A stretch of 64,000 nucleotides of DNA from Patescibacteria group bacterium (GCA_025450075.1 JANWIC010000008.1:11289-75288), one strand, 5' to 3'. Positions 1-10,020 are shown, counted from the stretch's first letter. Program-made: numbers and translations. Notes: a model not told the origin generated them from the letters alone.

Positions 1-227
1 ACACCCTTTTAAAATCAGCTATATTAAATACAAGTCAACCAAACGATATAATTGCAGAAAGGATGCTCACATGGGGAAATATTTTAACTCATAAAGCAAG
101 CCTTCTACACGACTAAGGTTCGAACATATTGCATAAGTTCCGGTTGAATATTTCTTATTGCGAGTTTGGAATTGACATTAAACCATATCTTTTATTTGCA
201 ATACTTTCAAGAAAAGAATGAACAAAA

Positions 228-1175
228 ATGAATAAAGAAGAACTTTTAATACAATTAAGGAAATTACATCAAGAGTTAATAAAACTAGTAGATAAATTTC
301 CAATTGAAAAAAAGGGTGAAATAATTTTTGATAGATGGAGTCTAAACGATGTTCTGGCACATATCACAGCATGGAATAACCAAGATATATTACGATTTGA
401 AGGAGCCAATTCCGGAGATAATCCCGCAAAGTATTGGATAGAAGACCTTGATGCTTTCAATGCCACAGAAGTTAATAAAGCCAAGTCATATATACCGCAA
501 GATATTTACTCTGCTTTTGTAAATTCAGGATATAACTTGATAAAAGACGCAGAGGATTTGCCTGAAGAGCATTGGCAAATAACTATTGATCCCAAACACA
601 CTCTTTCTTTGCATCGAGACTTTATATACTCTATTGAGCATTATAAAGATGAACATATTCCGCAACTTCAGGCATATTTTGCCTCTAATCAGGACAGAAA
701 AGATAGAATCATAATAATCGGCACATCTGCTTCTGGAAAATCGACAGTTATTAAAGAGTTACGAAACAATGGATACACACTTATAAAAGAAATTGATGAA
801 GAATTGATGCAATTAAATGGAGGGAAATTCCCCCAAACAGCTGAATTGCAACATGAAGTATTGGCCCCTAAAGTAATTCAAAACGTTTTGAACATGGATA
901 ATATAATCTTCTTTACCAATACAGATTATTTTACAAAACAGGATTTAGAAGAGGCAAAGAAAAGAGGATTTACCATCATGCAATTAGTAGTTCCGTTAGA
1001 AGAGCTGGAAAAGAGAAATAAATACAGAATGGAGAATAATGGATATAATGACTTAAGCATCTATTTTGAAGGAATGTTAAGGTATCAAATGGAAATGAGA
1101 AATTTGGGTTTAATTGATAAGGAATTAGATGGAACATTACCTGTTGAGGAAATAATCAAGCAAATCTTGGTATAA
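228..1175 (+). CDS. Two-domain protein: N-terminal DinB/ClbS-like four-helix-bundle region fused to a C-terminal P-loop NTP kinase-like domain
   Basis: N-terminal 'DRWSLNDVLAHITAWNN' resembles DinB_2/ClbS-DfsB helical-bundle proteins. Walker A 'IIIIGTSASGKSTVIKEL' at ~aa 165 resembles small nucleotide/shikimate-type kinases (AAA_33). Confidence 0.5.
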   Translation: MNKEELLIQLRKLHQELIKLVDKFPIEKKGEIIFDRWSLNDVLAHITAWNNQDILRFEGANSGDNPAKYWIEDLDAFNATEVNKAKSYIPQDIYSAFVNSGYNLIKDAEDLPEEHWQITIDPKHTLSLHRDFIYSIEHYKDEHIPQLQAYFASNQDRKDRIIIIGTSASGKSTVIKELRNNGYTLIKEIDEELMQLNGGKFPQTAELQHEVLAPKVIQNVLNMDNIIFFTNTDYFTKQDLEEAKKRGFTIMQLVVPLEELEKRNKYRMENNGYNDLSIYFEGMLRYQMEMRNLGLIDKELDGTLPVEEIIKQILV

Positions 1176-1218
1176 TAAAAGTGTTAAGCAAACAAAACTA
1201 TTTATAATACATTACTCA

Positions 1219-1485
1219 TTAAATTATTCCGCTCCTGTGCAGTGTATACCAAATGCTTATCATCAATGGAATAAGTGTAATGACAATTATCGCAAATACA
1301 AGTAAGGGTGTTATTGTTAAATGCTTTTTAGTTATTGCATAAAATTCAATAATATCTGTTACTGAGACAATAATGATTGTCCTAATGAGCAGGTCTTTAA
1401 AAAGATTCATAGTTTTCCTCCTTTCTTTGATAATATAATTCTTTCCTATTCCCGTTATAGTACTAATGACGAACCTCGTCAACAT
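1219..1485 (-). CDS. Small hypothetical membrane protein
   Basis: 88-aa ORF with two hydrophobic helices. AT-rich sequence, so it could be spurious. Confidence 0.25.
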   Translation of the reverse strand: MLTRFVISTITGIGKNYIIKERRKTMNLFKDLLIRTIIIVSVTDIIEFYAITKKHLTITPLLVFAIIVITLIPLMISIWYTLHRSGII

Positions 1486-1530
1486 TTACCTTCACCTATA
1501 TGAAAGTTTAGGGAAATTGCCAATATTTCT

Positions 1531-1989
1531 TTGACGGAATATATCTTACCTGATATAGTAAAGGCATTATTCTTTGCCATGCAAAAACTATTCACAATTT
1601 TAGGAAATTTTTTCAAGGGTTTTTCACTTTTTCTTACCATTATTCATCATATCATCTGGATCATTATTGGAGGAGCGATATTAATTGGGGTATTCATGGT
1701 CTTAAAAGATGGTGGAGTAAATAAGATAATTCAACAAAATCTTCCGGCCCAATTACAAAAAGGAGATAACCAATCATCTTCCAACAACAATAACCAAAAC
1801 TCTTCAAATCAGCAATCAAATAACCTGAACGGGAATATGCCATCTCAGCAAGAAATGCAATGTGCTGCAAATATTATTGGCCAAGCAGCAGTGAATCAGA
1901 TTGTATCGACAAGAACAGTAAGTTATCTTGTAGAACAAAGAATAAAAGGATGTTTCCCCAATGGCGCACCTTTTAATGTTAACCAATGA
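1531..1989 (+). CDS. Hypothetical membrane protein with a Q/N/S-rich low-complexity segment
   Basis: N-terminal TM helices followed by 'SSSNNNNQNSSNQQSNNLNGN' and a C-terminal region with two Cys. Confidence 0.35.
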   Translation: MTEYILPDIVKALFFAMQKLFTILGNFFKGFSLFLTIIHHIIWIIIGGAILIGVFMVLKDGGVNKIIQQNLPAQLQKGDNQSSSNNNNQNSSNQQSNNLNGNMPSQQEMQCAANIIGQAAVNQIVSTRTVSYLVEQRIKGCFPNGAPFNVNQ

Positions 1990-2051
1990 TTTCAAGTAAA
2001 CCTGTTCTTTCCTACTTCAAGTGAAAGGTATACTCTTTAATCTTTGCTGTT

Positions 2052-2426
2052 TTAGAAAGTAAAGGAGTGAGGATTTGTAAATATTGCAAGTACAATAATT
2101 GCAAAACACAAAAGAGTAAATACAAAAATGAGCACAACTTGTTCAAGAATGAATTCTTTCAAAAGCTGTGAAACGGAAAATGAAATAGGTTTGTGATGAT
2201 ATCTATGATAAATATATACGAAACTTTTCCTTAAAATATATAGAATCGAGTTTATTACAATAAGAGGAAGGAATAAGCTTAGGTCAAGAAAAGATATCTG
2301 TTTATTCAAATCTAATAAAACGATCAAATCAATAAAAGCATAGATAAAAAGTCTTATTAATTTTAAAAGTATTGCTTTTATCATAAATGAGGGTATATGT
2401 AAGAGATTATAGGGGAAACGTGGCAC
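2052..2426 (-). CDS. Hypothetical integral membrane protein
   Basis: 124-aa ORF with 3-4 hydrophobic segments. No recognisable motif. Confidence 0.25.
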   Translation of the reverse strand: MPRFPYNLLHIPSFMIKAILLKLIRLFIYAFIDLIVLLDLNKQISFLDLSLFLPLIVINSILYILRKSFVYIYHRYHHKPISFSVSQLLKEFILEQVVLIFVFTLLCFAIIVLAIFTNPHSFTF

Positions 2427-2482
2427 CTCTACAATACGATCATAAAAAATCTTAAGGAACTATTGCATAAAATTACAACATA

Positions 2483-3115
2483 ATGTATTGTTGTGAACAA
2501 TTATTTGTTTTTCTCTCAATCAAAATGACGGAAGTAGTTGAATTAAACAATGCACAAAACGAAAATGCTTCAATAGCTATTATAACTGGAGTGGATCTAG
2601 CTAAGCTGGGTGCAGATGCGCAAATTGATGGTGCTTTATTATCATTTGGAATTAACGCTGCTGATTTACAAAGCTTAATTGAAGGAAAATTTCCATTTGC
2701 AGGTGAGCCAGGGATCGAGACAATCCGATACGGGGACGTGGATGAAGAAGTCGTCGTTCGTGTGGCAACAATGCCAAGCGGCAAAAAAATTGAAGTATCG
2801 GATTGTAAGAGAGCAATAAAAAGCCATATTCCACCTGAAACAGGCGATATGCAGCTTAGGCAAAAAGATCATACATGGAAAATTCTTATCGTTGAAAGCG
2901 GTGGTTTAACAATTCATATTCCAAATGAAACAGAACCTGCGGGTTATCTATATCTAAATAGCAATGAAGGTAGAGATTTCCATCTTCCTCAAGGCAGTAT
3001 CATTGCAATCCAATCCCCTATTTCATTTACCATTACAGCCTCAGAAGAGGATACACACTATTACTATATAAGCAGCCCTCGCCACAGCACCATTGGAGAT
3101 AGAAGCACCTATTGA
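2483..3115 (+). CDS. Hypothetical protein, possibly beta-barrel/cupin-like; probable true start at ATG 2525 ('MTEVVELNN')
   Basis: Long ORF upstream of and co-directional with the desaturase. No family-defining motif seen. Confidence 0.4.
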   Translation: MYCCEQLFVFLSIKMTEVVELNNAQNENASIAIITGVDLAKLGADAQIDGALLSFGINAADLQSLIEGKFPFAGEPGIETIRYGDVDEEVVVRVATMPSGKKIEVSDCKRAIKSHIPPETGDMQLRQKDHTWKILIVESGGLTIHIPNETEPAGYLYLNSNEGRDFHLPQGSIIAIQSPISFTITASEEDTHYYYISSPRHSTIGDRSTY

Positions 3116-3183
3116 AGCATACATTATTACCATTAAAGCTCTATTTCGTTGTATATTATCCGATATAAAGATATAATGGGACA

Positions 3184-4236
3184 ATGCAAAGACAAAAAAC
3201 CGTTCTTCATTCACGTAATACAAGCGTCAACAATTCTACAATAGATGGGAATACGCTCTTTATTCAATTACGTGAAAAAATACGTGAAGAAGGAATATTT
3301 GATAGAGATTATCGCTATTATTCCATTCTTACCGTCATTATGGTCAGCGGCTTTATTTCATCAATTATCTTTCTGTTTCTGGTAAATAATCCCTTCCTTC
3401 TATTTTTTAGTTGCATCTTGTTTAGCTTTTTCTCAGTGCAGTTAGCAGGTATTGTACACGATGCAGGACATCGGGCAATATTTAGTTCAGCTCTTGCGAA
3501 TGATATTGCAGGATATATTTTTGGAATAATGCTTGGTTGGGCATATACACCTTGGAGGTCAGCACATAACAAGCATCATGCATATACAAATCAAAAAGAT
3601 AAAGATCCGGATTTAGAAGTACCTGTATTTACATTTACCACCGAACATTTTGATAAAAGAGGGAAAACACAACAATTCCTCATTAGATATCAAGTTTATT
3701 TGTATTTCCCATTCGGCTGCTTTGCTGCAGCTCTTATGAAAATCTCAGGATTTATCACATTGCTACATTCGGATAAGAAGAATAAACTCATAGAAGAAAT
3801 ATCAATTGGTCTAAGTCTTTTCATGTGGTATATTGCTCCGTTCTTTCTTTTTGGCATTGGAAAAGCATTGTTTATTATTATTGTCATTAACCTTGTCACC
3901 GGCTTTTATATCTTCAATATTTTTGCCCCAAACCATAAAGGGATGCCGCAATTATCCGCAGATAAGGAGATATCTTTTATGGAAAGACAAATTATGACTT
4001 CAAGAAATATTGTAGGAAGCTGGTTCAATGATATTTTGTATATGGGATTAAACTATCAGGTAGAGCACCATCTATTCCCATCTGTTGCAAGAAACAAATT
4101 AAAACTAACCTCCCCATATATCCTTCAAATTTGTCAACAAAGAAATATTGAATTCACCCGCGTTAGCATTTTAGAATCAAATAGAATCATTCTATCTGAA
4201 CTGAAGAATGTTTCTATGGCTATTTCAAAATTGTAG
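3184..4236 (+). CDS. Membrane fatty-acid desaturase (DesA-like)
   Basis: Three histidine boxes typical of membrane desaturases: 'HDAGHRAIF', 'HNKHHAYTN' and 'QVEHHLFP'. Multiple TM segments. Confidence 0.8.
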   Translation: MQRQKTVLHSRNTSVNNSTIDGNTLFIQLREKIREEGIFDRDYRYYSILTVIMVSGFISSIIFLFLVNNPFLLFFSCILFSFFSVQLAGIVHDAGHRAIFSSALANDIAGYIFGIMLGWAYTPWRSAHNKHHAYTNQKDKDPDLEVPVFTFTTEHFDKRGKTQQFLIRYQVYLYFPFGCFAAALMKISGFITLLHSDKKNKLIEEISIGLSLFMWYIAPFFLFGIGKALFIIIVINLVTGFYIFNIFAPNHKGMPQLSADKEISFMERQIMTSRNIVGSWFNDILYMGLNYQVEHHLFPSVARNKLKLTSPYILQICQQRNIEFTRVSILESNRIILSELKNVSMAISKL

Positions 4237-4301
4237 AGATCTCATATCAGATTTCCCTTCTCGCTAATCACCTATTGTCCGGCTAATAGAAGTGCTACAA
4301 T

Positions 4302-5231
4302 ATGGATGTATATCATCTACCCCACATGGACACTGTTATTCATGCTTCTCATCTCACTAAGCTATATGGCTCTAATGCAGCATTATCTGACTTGAATATT
4401 GATATACAAAAAGGAGAAGTATTTGGATATTTAGGCCCTAATGGCGCAGGAAAAACAACAACAATACGATTGCTTCTTGGCCTCATTAACCCGACAAGCG
4501 GAAGCGCGACAATTCTTGGAAATGATTGCCAAAAAGAAAAGTCGGAAGTACATACTCATATTGCGTATGTTCCAGGAGAATCAACTCTTTGGCCATATCT
4601 TACCGGAAAACAGACACTTCATTTACTTGGAAAAGTATACGGCAGGTATGATGAAGAATATATGCAAACCCTTATTGAAAAATTCCAATTTGACCCGAAT
4701 AAAAAAGTCAGAGCCTATTCGAAAGGAAACAGACAAAAAATAACCCTTATTGCAGCACTGATGACTCGAGCCGATATCCTCATCTTTGATGAACCGACTT
4801 CAGGACTTGATCCTTTGATGGAACAGGAATTTAGAAATTGCATAATAGAAGCCAAAGATCGTGGACAGACTATCTTTTTATCATCACATATTCTTGAAGA
4901 AGTACAGGCATTGTGCGACCGCATCGGCATCCTCAGGCAAGGAAAACTCATTGAAGTTGGGACATTAGCACAAATGAGACATCTTTCTGCCTTGCAAATT
5001 GAGGCAACATTTGCCACTACCCCTCCTGATATTTCTCAAATTGAAGGGGTCCATAACATTTCCATAAGCGGCAATATGTTGAAATGTAGCATGCAAGGGG
5101 ATATTTCAGTTCTTCTTGATGTCATATCCAAGGCAAAACCTAAGACATTCGTAAGTACAGAGCCATCATTAGAAGAACTATTCATGACCATTTATGGAAA
5201 CCATAGTAACAATTTAGAAAAACAATCATGA
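4302..5231 (+). CDS. ABC transporter ATP-binding protein
   Basis: Walker A 'GPNGAGKTT', signature 'YSKGNRQK' and Walker B 'ILIFDEPTSGLD'. Overlaps the downstream permease by 4 bp. The true start may be the internal Met 'MDTVIHASHL'. Confidence 0.85.
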   Translation: MDVYHLPHMDTVIHASHLTKLYGSNAALSDLNIDIQKGEVFGYLGPNGAGKTTTIRLLLGLINPTSGSATILGNDCQKEKSEVHTHIAYVPGESTLWPYLTGKQTLHLLGKVYGRYDEEYMQTLIEKFQFDPNKKVRAYSKGNRQKITLIAALMTRADILIFDEPTSGLDPLMEQEFRNCIIEAKDRGQTIFLSSHILEEVQALCDRIGILRQGKLIEVGTLAQMRHLSALQIEATFATTPPDISQIEGVHNISISGNMLKCSMQGDISVLLDVISKAKPKTFVSTEPSLEELFMTIYGNHSNNLEKQS

Positions 5232-6844
5232 AGACATTTCCCTCTTCAGCAAACACATCTTTCTGGTTTACTTTAACAAGATATATTCGAATATCGCTAT
5301 TCTGGGGATTAATCATTGGGTTTGTAGTTACAACAAATGCAATCGGAACAATTAAAGCAGGAATTAACTTAAACCAATTTGCCGCATCTTTGAGTACAAG
5401 CTCAGGGCTGTTTGCAATATTCGGGTCAGGCCATCAGCTTAACACAATAGAAGGATATGTAACATGGAAAGTATTGGGTCTTACTATGATCATCATGGCA
5501 ATATGGGGGTTGGTTATTTCAACAACTCTTTTTCGTGGAAATGAAGAATCAGGCAGAATTGAACTTATGGCTATAGGGAAAGCTAGCTTGAAAAGAATTA
5601 CAATAAATACACTTGCGGCAATCGCCGCTTGTATTGCAATAATTTTTATTATAGCATCTCTCATAACATATGCATCAGGTAATTCTAATGGATTACATTT
5701 TTCATTCGTAGGAAGCCTACTATTATCATTTGCATGCATTGCAAGCGCTATCATATTTGTTTCTCTTGGAGCTTTATGTGGACAATTATTCACAACAAGA
5801 CATCAAGCACTTTTTTATTGCGTTGCGACATTCGCCATTTTCTATATGGCAAAAATCGTTGCTGATTCATCAAACTCTTTTGCATGGCTAAACAATTTTA
5901 ATCCCTTAGGATGGATTGAAAATATTCAGCCATTTACCGGAAACTATGCAGTATGGATCCTACCTATTCTCGGATTTTCCTCCATACTTTCGGCTCTAGC
6001 AATATATTTTTCCGGGAAAAGGGATCTTGCATCTTCAATTGTAAAGAATAAGGAGACAACAACATCTTCATTTTTGTTTTTGAATAATATCGGTGAGTTC
6101 ATTACCCGCCAGCAAATCTTTTCATTTCTCGGTTGGGTGGTAGGAGTTGGAATTCTCGGATTCATATTTGGATCTGTCGTGAATGCAGGTGAAAATGCCC
6201 TAAGTTCATCACCAAACCTTACAAAAGAAATATCTAAACTCCATTTGTATTCTGGAGCAGATATTGTAAAGGCATTTATGGGATTTGGATTCCTCATTGG
6301 AATGGTACTGGTATCATTCATCGCAATAACAGGTATGACTAAATTGCAAAATGATGAAACATCGGGCTATCTTGACAACCTGTTTGTAAGAAGTGTCAAA
6401 CGTATGAATTGGATGGGATTATCTCTTGTCTTTACAGCTATTGAAATTGTCATAGTAGCATTATCATTAGGAGTACTTTCGTGGGTAGGAACACTTACTC
6501 AACATATTTCAATCGCAATATCTACTCTACTTGTTGCAGGAATAAACAGCACAGCGCCCGCACTTGCCATTTTAGGTATAGGTGCTTGTATATATGGTAT
6601 ATGGCCAAGAATAGCAACACGAGTACAATACTTCATTCTTGGATGGGGCATCCTCATTGATCTTATTGGTCCTTCAATTCATTTAAGTAATATTTTCCTC
6701 AACACATCCCTTTTCTATCATATGGCTCTCTCCCCTGGAGAAGATCCCAATTGGACAGTTGTCATTATTTTCACTCTCATCGGAATTATCGGCAGCATGA
6801 TTGGCATGTACCTTTTTTCCAAAAGAGATATACAATCAAGTTGA
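5228..6844 (+). CDS. ABC transporter permease (large polytopic, ABC-2 like)
   Basis: 538 aa and very hydrophobic with ~10-12 TM helices. Translationally coupled to the upstream ATPase (ATGA overlap). Confidence 0.7.
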   Translation: MKTFPSSANTSFWFTLTRYIRISLFWGLIIGFVVTTNAIGTIKAGINLNQFAASLSTSSGLFAIFGSGHQLNTIEGYVTWKVLGLTMIIMAIWGLVISTTLFRGNEESGRIELMAIGKASLKRITINTLAAIAACIAIIFIIASLITYASGNSNGLHFSFVGSLLLSFACIASAIIFVSLGALCGQLFTTRHQALFYCVATFAIFYMAKIVADSSNSFAWLNNFNPLGWIENIQPFTGNYAVWILPILGFSSILSALAIYFSGKRDLASSIVKNKETTTSSFLFLNNIGEFITRQQIFSFLGWVVGVGILGFIFGSVVNAGENALSSSPNLTKEISKLHLYSGADIVKAFMGFGFLIGMVLVSFIAITGMTKLQNDETSGYLDNLFVRSVKRMNWMGLSLVFTAIEIVIVALSLGVLSWVGTLTQHISIAISTLLVAGINSTAPALAILGIGACIYGIWPRIATRVQYFILGWGILIDLIGPSIHLSNIFLNTSLFYHMALSPGEDPNWTVVIIFTLIGIIGSMIGMYLFSKRDIQSS

Positions 6845-6889
6845 TGAGAGATCTTTGAGAATTTATTGGATAAGAAATTCTAGAGCCCC

Positions 6890-7711
6890 TTATGACACAG
6901 CAAAAGAAGCTTCTTGCTGGTTACTTTTTTTCATCTGTATTGTCCTACTTCCCTGGCGGCCAATTCCTCCTTGGTGACGGATATATCGCCCGTATCTGGT
7001 ATAAAAGGGCGTCGAATGGCGCACAGTACCTATCATTTCCATTAAAATAAGATTCTTTGATCTGAAAGGTAATAACTGTCCTATTCCCATAAGAGTGTAA
7101 ACAATTTCAGACAAATAGTCTTTTCCTTCTCTGGATATTACTTCTGTTAAACATGAAAGGCTTTTATCTTGTGCACCCTGTTTAATAACACCTTGAGGAG
7201 TAAGTATGGTGATATGATGTCTTCCTCGACTTCTCCTATCATTTAACTCATCACGAACTAATGAATCTTTCAATGCCTGGGCTACTCTTAATCGGTTATG
7301 ACCTGCAATAATGTCAATGTTACCGCTAACTGATCTATTTCCTGACAGTTTCTTGATAAGGCCTAATAATTTTCTAATTTCACTATATGTTTCTATGGTA
7401 TGATCTTCCAGATAAAAACAATTAGAATCAACACCAAATTCTCGAAGCCTCCTTGCAACATAGTGGGAATAACTGGGGCCAATAGGATTCCCGTCATTAT
7501 CATAAGTATCTTGAGCTACATTTGCATTGCAGGATAAAATGAGCGATTTTCTATTATCAGGTGCCATATGCCACTTTATTGCTGCAGCGGCGATAAGTGA
7601 ATCAACAAAAAGGCTATCCTCTCTATTTATCCAAGGATTACCCTTTCCGACTAAACATATATAGTCATAACTTTGTGGCAAACTTTCCGTATTTATACTT
7701 TCCTCAGCCAT
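6890..7711 (-). CDS. DUF218 / YdcF-SanA-ElyC family protein
   Basis: Central region 'IIAGHNRLRVAQALKD...YSHYVARRLREFGVDSNCFYLEDHTIETYSEIRKL' matches the DUF218 fold pattern. Confidence 0.5.
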   Translation of the reverse strand: MAEESINTESLPQSYDYICLVGKGNPWINREDSLFVDSLIAAAAIKWHMAPDNRKSLILSCNANVAQDTYDNDGNPIGPSYSHYVARRLREFGVDSNCFYLEDHTIETYSEIRKLLGLIKKLSGNRSVSGNIDIIAGHNRLRVAQALKDSLVRDELNDRRSRGRHHITILTPQGVIKQGAQDKSLSCLTEVISREGKDYLSEIVYTLMGIGQLLPFRSKNLILMEMIGTVRHSTPFYTRYGRYIRHQGGIGRQGSRTIQMKKSNQQEASFAVS

Positions 7712-8000
7712 AGTAACTATGGGGTGACAGGGCGTATTCTACTGTTTTATATCTCTACTGTCAATAAAAGAACCGATCATTTTCTGTTAAATGACCTTAT
7801 ATTATGAGAAGGAAAAATCTTGGAGTTTATATATTAGATCAAAATCCCAAATCTTGATGATCTTAGAAAATAGATGACCTGCCGTTCTTCCCGATAATCG
7901 CCCTGTCAGCATGTTTCCATGCAAATTCAAAGAAAAGAATCCTTAGATTTTACAGAATGTTCCCGCTTACTGTAACATTGAATATATTAATATCTATTTT

Positions 8001-8387
8001 ATGCATACTCAAGATCCAAGAATTGATACCTATTTATCAACTATACCTTCCTGGCAAAAAGAAGTTTTTACTAAAGCAAGAATGTTGATCCGCCAAGCTG
8101 ACCCTGAAGTAGTTGAAACCATTAAAAGAACAACACTCCCCTTCTTTACTCTGAATGGAAATATCTGTGCTTTTATGTCGACAAAAGATCATGCAAACAT
8201 TTTAATTTATGATCCAATAGCTCCAGATCCTCACCATATTATCAATCAAGGAAATGGAAATATGACAGCAAGAGCGATACAAATATTTGAAGGAAAAACA
8301 TTGGATGAAAAAGCATTCGTACAACTTATCAGGGAAGTGATTAAGAATAACCGGGTTGGTGGATGGCGAAAGATTAAGAAAGATTAG
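8001..8387 (+). CDS. DUF1801 (YdhG-like) domain protein
   Basis: 128 aa with 'ETIKRTTLPFFTLNGNICAFMSTKDHANILIYD', typical of DUF1801. Confidence 0.55.
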   Translation: MHTQDPRIDTYLSTIPSWQKEVFTKARMLIRQADPEVVETIKRTTLPFFTLNGNICAFMSTKDHANILIYDPIAPDPHHIINQGNGNMTARAIQIFEGKTLDEKAFVQLIREVIKNNRVGGWRKIKKD

Positions 8388-8449
8388 CAAATATTCCCCA
8401 TAGCATTCTTCTATAAATTGGTGTACAATCGCATCATAAAGTGAAATAA

Positions 8450-8701
8450 AAGACATCAGATAACGAGTTACATAAAGATACTCCTGATCTATTTCTTAGA
8501 GAAAATAATGGATATCTTCTACCTCTGTCACCTTCTGAACAGCAAGCTGTGCTTGATGCCTTAAAAGAGGGGAGATTAGATGTACCGTTATTACCTGTTG
8601 GAGCAACTCCAGTATTTTTTAGCTTGACTCGATTATTACAATATATGCCAGCTGATGTGATTGCTCCCCTTCAAATTTCAAAGAAATTGATTTTATCCTA
8701 G
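8450..8701 (+). pseudogene. Start-less open reading frame (84 codons) that overlaps and continues by a -1 shift into the 8764..9153 ORF; probable frameshifted/degraded N-terminal part of that gene
   Basis: A stop-free frame with protein-like sequence ('...LSPSEQQAVLDALKEGRLDVPLLPVGATPVFFSLTRLLQYMPADVIAPLQISKK...') runs from the TAA at 8447-8449 to the TAG at 8699-8701. The frame of the downstream ORF is open back to 8656 ('...NFKEIDFILATLTPDQQDTLKYL...'). No in-frame ATG/GTG start near the beginning. Confidence 0.35.
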
Positions 8702-8763
8702 CCACTTTAACACCTGATCAACAAGATACTCTCAAATATTTATCTGAAAATTCCGGAGATTTT

Positions 8764-9153
8764 GTGAGTATGAGACATGTAGGTGGATTACAAAAACTAC
8801 AAAGTTGGACAGGCAGAAGAATTTCGCCCGAGACGCTTGTTCATGGAATTGCAGACCTAAAGCGAATATTACCTGAAGGTATTATTACTGAGAACCCTAA
8901 TTCAACCTATCGTTTTAATGGATTACCAGAAGATATACATGAACTGAATGATGTTGCCCACCTCTCTGACAGGGAATTTACAAGAATTATCCGTTCACTA
9001 CTTCGTCTAAATATTTTTACCATTAGACAATTAGAATTTAGCTTGAAACTGGTTGAGGAGGGCCGAATAAGGATGAATGATATGGATGCACAAAAAAGAA
9101 GAATACTTACTAAAATGGTAGAGGAATACAGAAGTATAAATCCTAATCAGTAA
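8764..9153 (+). CDS. Hypothetical protein (possibly the surviving C-terminal part of a frameshifted larger gene)
   Basis: 129-aa ORF. Its frame stays open 108 nt upstream of the annotated ATG and overlaps the preceding start-less frame. Confidence 0.4.
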   Translation: MSMRHVGGLQKLQSWTGRRISPETLVHGIADLKRILPEGIITENPNSTYRFNGLPEDIHELNDVAHLSDREFTRIIRSLLRLNIFTIRQLEFSLKLVEEGRIRMNDMDAQKRRILTKMVEEYRSINPNQ

Positions 9154-9164
9154 AAATTTCCATA

Positions 9165-9971
9165 TTATTTAATCGGAAGATTAATCTCAAACTCAATTTG
9201 ATTCTCTTCATGAGTTGTATTGCGATAGAATTCAATATCAACAAATGGAAGGTTTGTATTTTGTATATATCCATTCTTCTTAGCGTATTTTTCTAATTCT
9301 TTCCATAAAAGTGATAAAAGACTTCCCGATCCTTTGTATGTATAACTTAATGCCTTAAACTCTGATATTGTTTCTTTTCTTACCATATGTTTATATTCTT
9401 CTTTTATCTCCATACCTTCTTCTACTACAACCCCGACTTTCATTCGTGATTTTGCAGGTCTATATCCAGAATCTAGAAAGATAGTTAAGAAAGATACCGT
9501 ATTTGGAAGTTTCACGAAGTAGGAAGCGAGTTCCTTATCATACTCTTTTATCTTTACATATGATCCGACTTTTTCAATATAATAGATTTCAAAATTGTAT
9601 ACGTTCTTTACTTCCGGCTTTACTAATATCCCGTTCTGGTCAAGACTATCAAAGAATTCATCGAGATGAGTAAGCGCCTCTTGTAGTTCATAAATTTCTC
9701 TTTCAATTCCTTTCCTTTTTGCCCTGAATAAATCGCGCATTGAATGATCTTTTGCGAGATATCCCTTTATCTCTTCAATTGAAAAATTAAGCTTTCGAAG
9801 AAGAAGTATCGCCTGGAAATCAAGTATCTGTTCAGGAAGATACAATCTGTACCCATTTGTATCAATATGATCCGGCTTCAGTATCCCCATTCTATCGTAC
9901 CATACGACGGTTCTTTTTGTTGTACTGGCAAGCTTTGCAAACTCTCCGGCTGTAATATATTCTTTCCCCAT
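9165..9971 (-). CDS. MerR-family transcriptional regulator with C-terminal GyrI-like/BmrR-type effector-binding domain
   Basis: N-terminal MerR HTH 'EYITAGEFAKLASTTKRTVVWYDRMGILKPDHIDTNGYRLY' followed by a coiled-coil and a ~150-aa GyrI-like domain. I trimmed the start to ATG 9971 ('MGKEY'), because the longer ORF in the track would overlap the divergent uvrA-like gene. Confidence 0.7.
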   Translation of the reverse strand: MGKEYITAGEFAKLASTTKRTVVWYDRMGILKPDHIDTNGYRLYLPEQILDFQAILLLRKLNFSIEEIKGYLAKDHSMRDLFRAKRKGIEREIYELQEALTHLDEFFDSLDQNGILVKPEVKNVYNFEIYYIEKVGSYVKIKEYDKELASYFVKLPNTVSFLTIFLDSGYRPAKSRMKVGVVVEEGMEIKEEYKHMVRKETISEFKALSYTYKGSGSLLSLLWKELEKYAKKNGYIQNTNLPFVDIEFYRNTTHEENQIEFEINLPIK

Positions 9972-9972
9972 A

Positions 9973-10003
9973 TTGACTACAACGTTACGTCGTACAATAT
10001 TAT
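9973..10003 (+). promoter_or_regulatory. MerR-type promoter: -35 TTGACT (9973-9978), 19-bp spacer containing the dyad TACGtCGTA, -10 TATTAT (9998-10003); drives the class II uvrA-like gene
   Basis: Hexamers and spacing read directly from the sequence. The suboptimal 19-bp spacer is the hallmark of MerR-activated promoters, and the divergent regulator is MerR-type. Confidence 0.5.
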
Positions 10004-10020
10004 ACTCATACTTCATCAAT

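Noticed and set aside
269-6321. Antisense or overlapping track ORFs inside longer genes (for example 269..484-, 4441..4743+, 4715..5017-, 5434..5793-, 5944..6321-)
   Set aside because: Each lies wholly inside a longer, motif-supported gene on the other strand or frame. The same reasoning applies to many similar short ORFs throughout the track, such as 17012..17569-, 25741..26325+, 27103..27492+, 45095..45386+ and 49250..49693+.
7723-7910. 10-bp inverted repeat TGACAGGGCG ... CGCCCTGTCA flanking ~165 bp of AT-rich intergenic DNA (possible MITE-like element)
   Set aside because: A 10-bp inverted repeat within 200 bp is expected several times by chance in 64 kb. There are no target-site duplications or internal structure, and no second copy elsewhere in the window.
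9973-10020. TTG start at 9973 for the uvrA-like ORF ('MTTTLRRTILYSYFIN')
   Set aside because: TTGACT at 9973 is better explained as the -35 hexamer. UvrA proteins begin close to the Walker A motif, and the ATG at 10021 gives the expected N-terminus.
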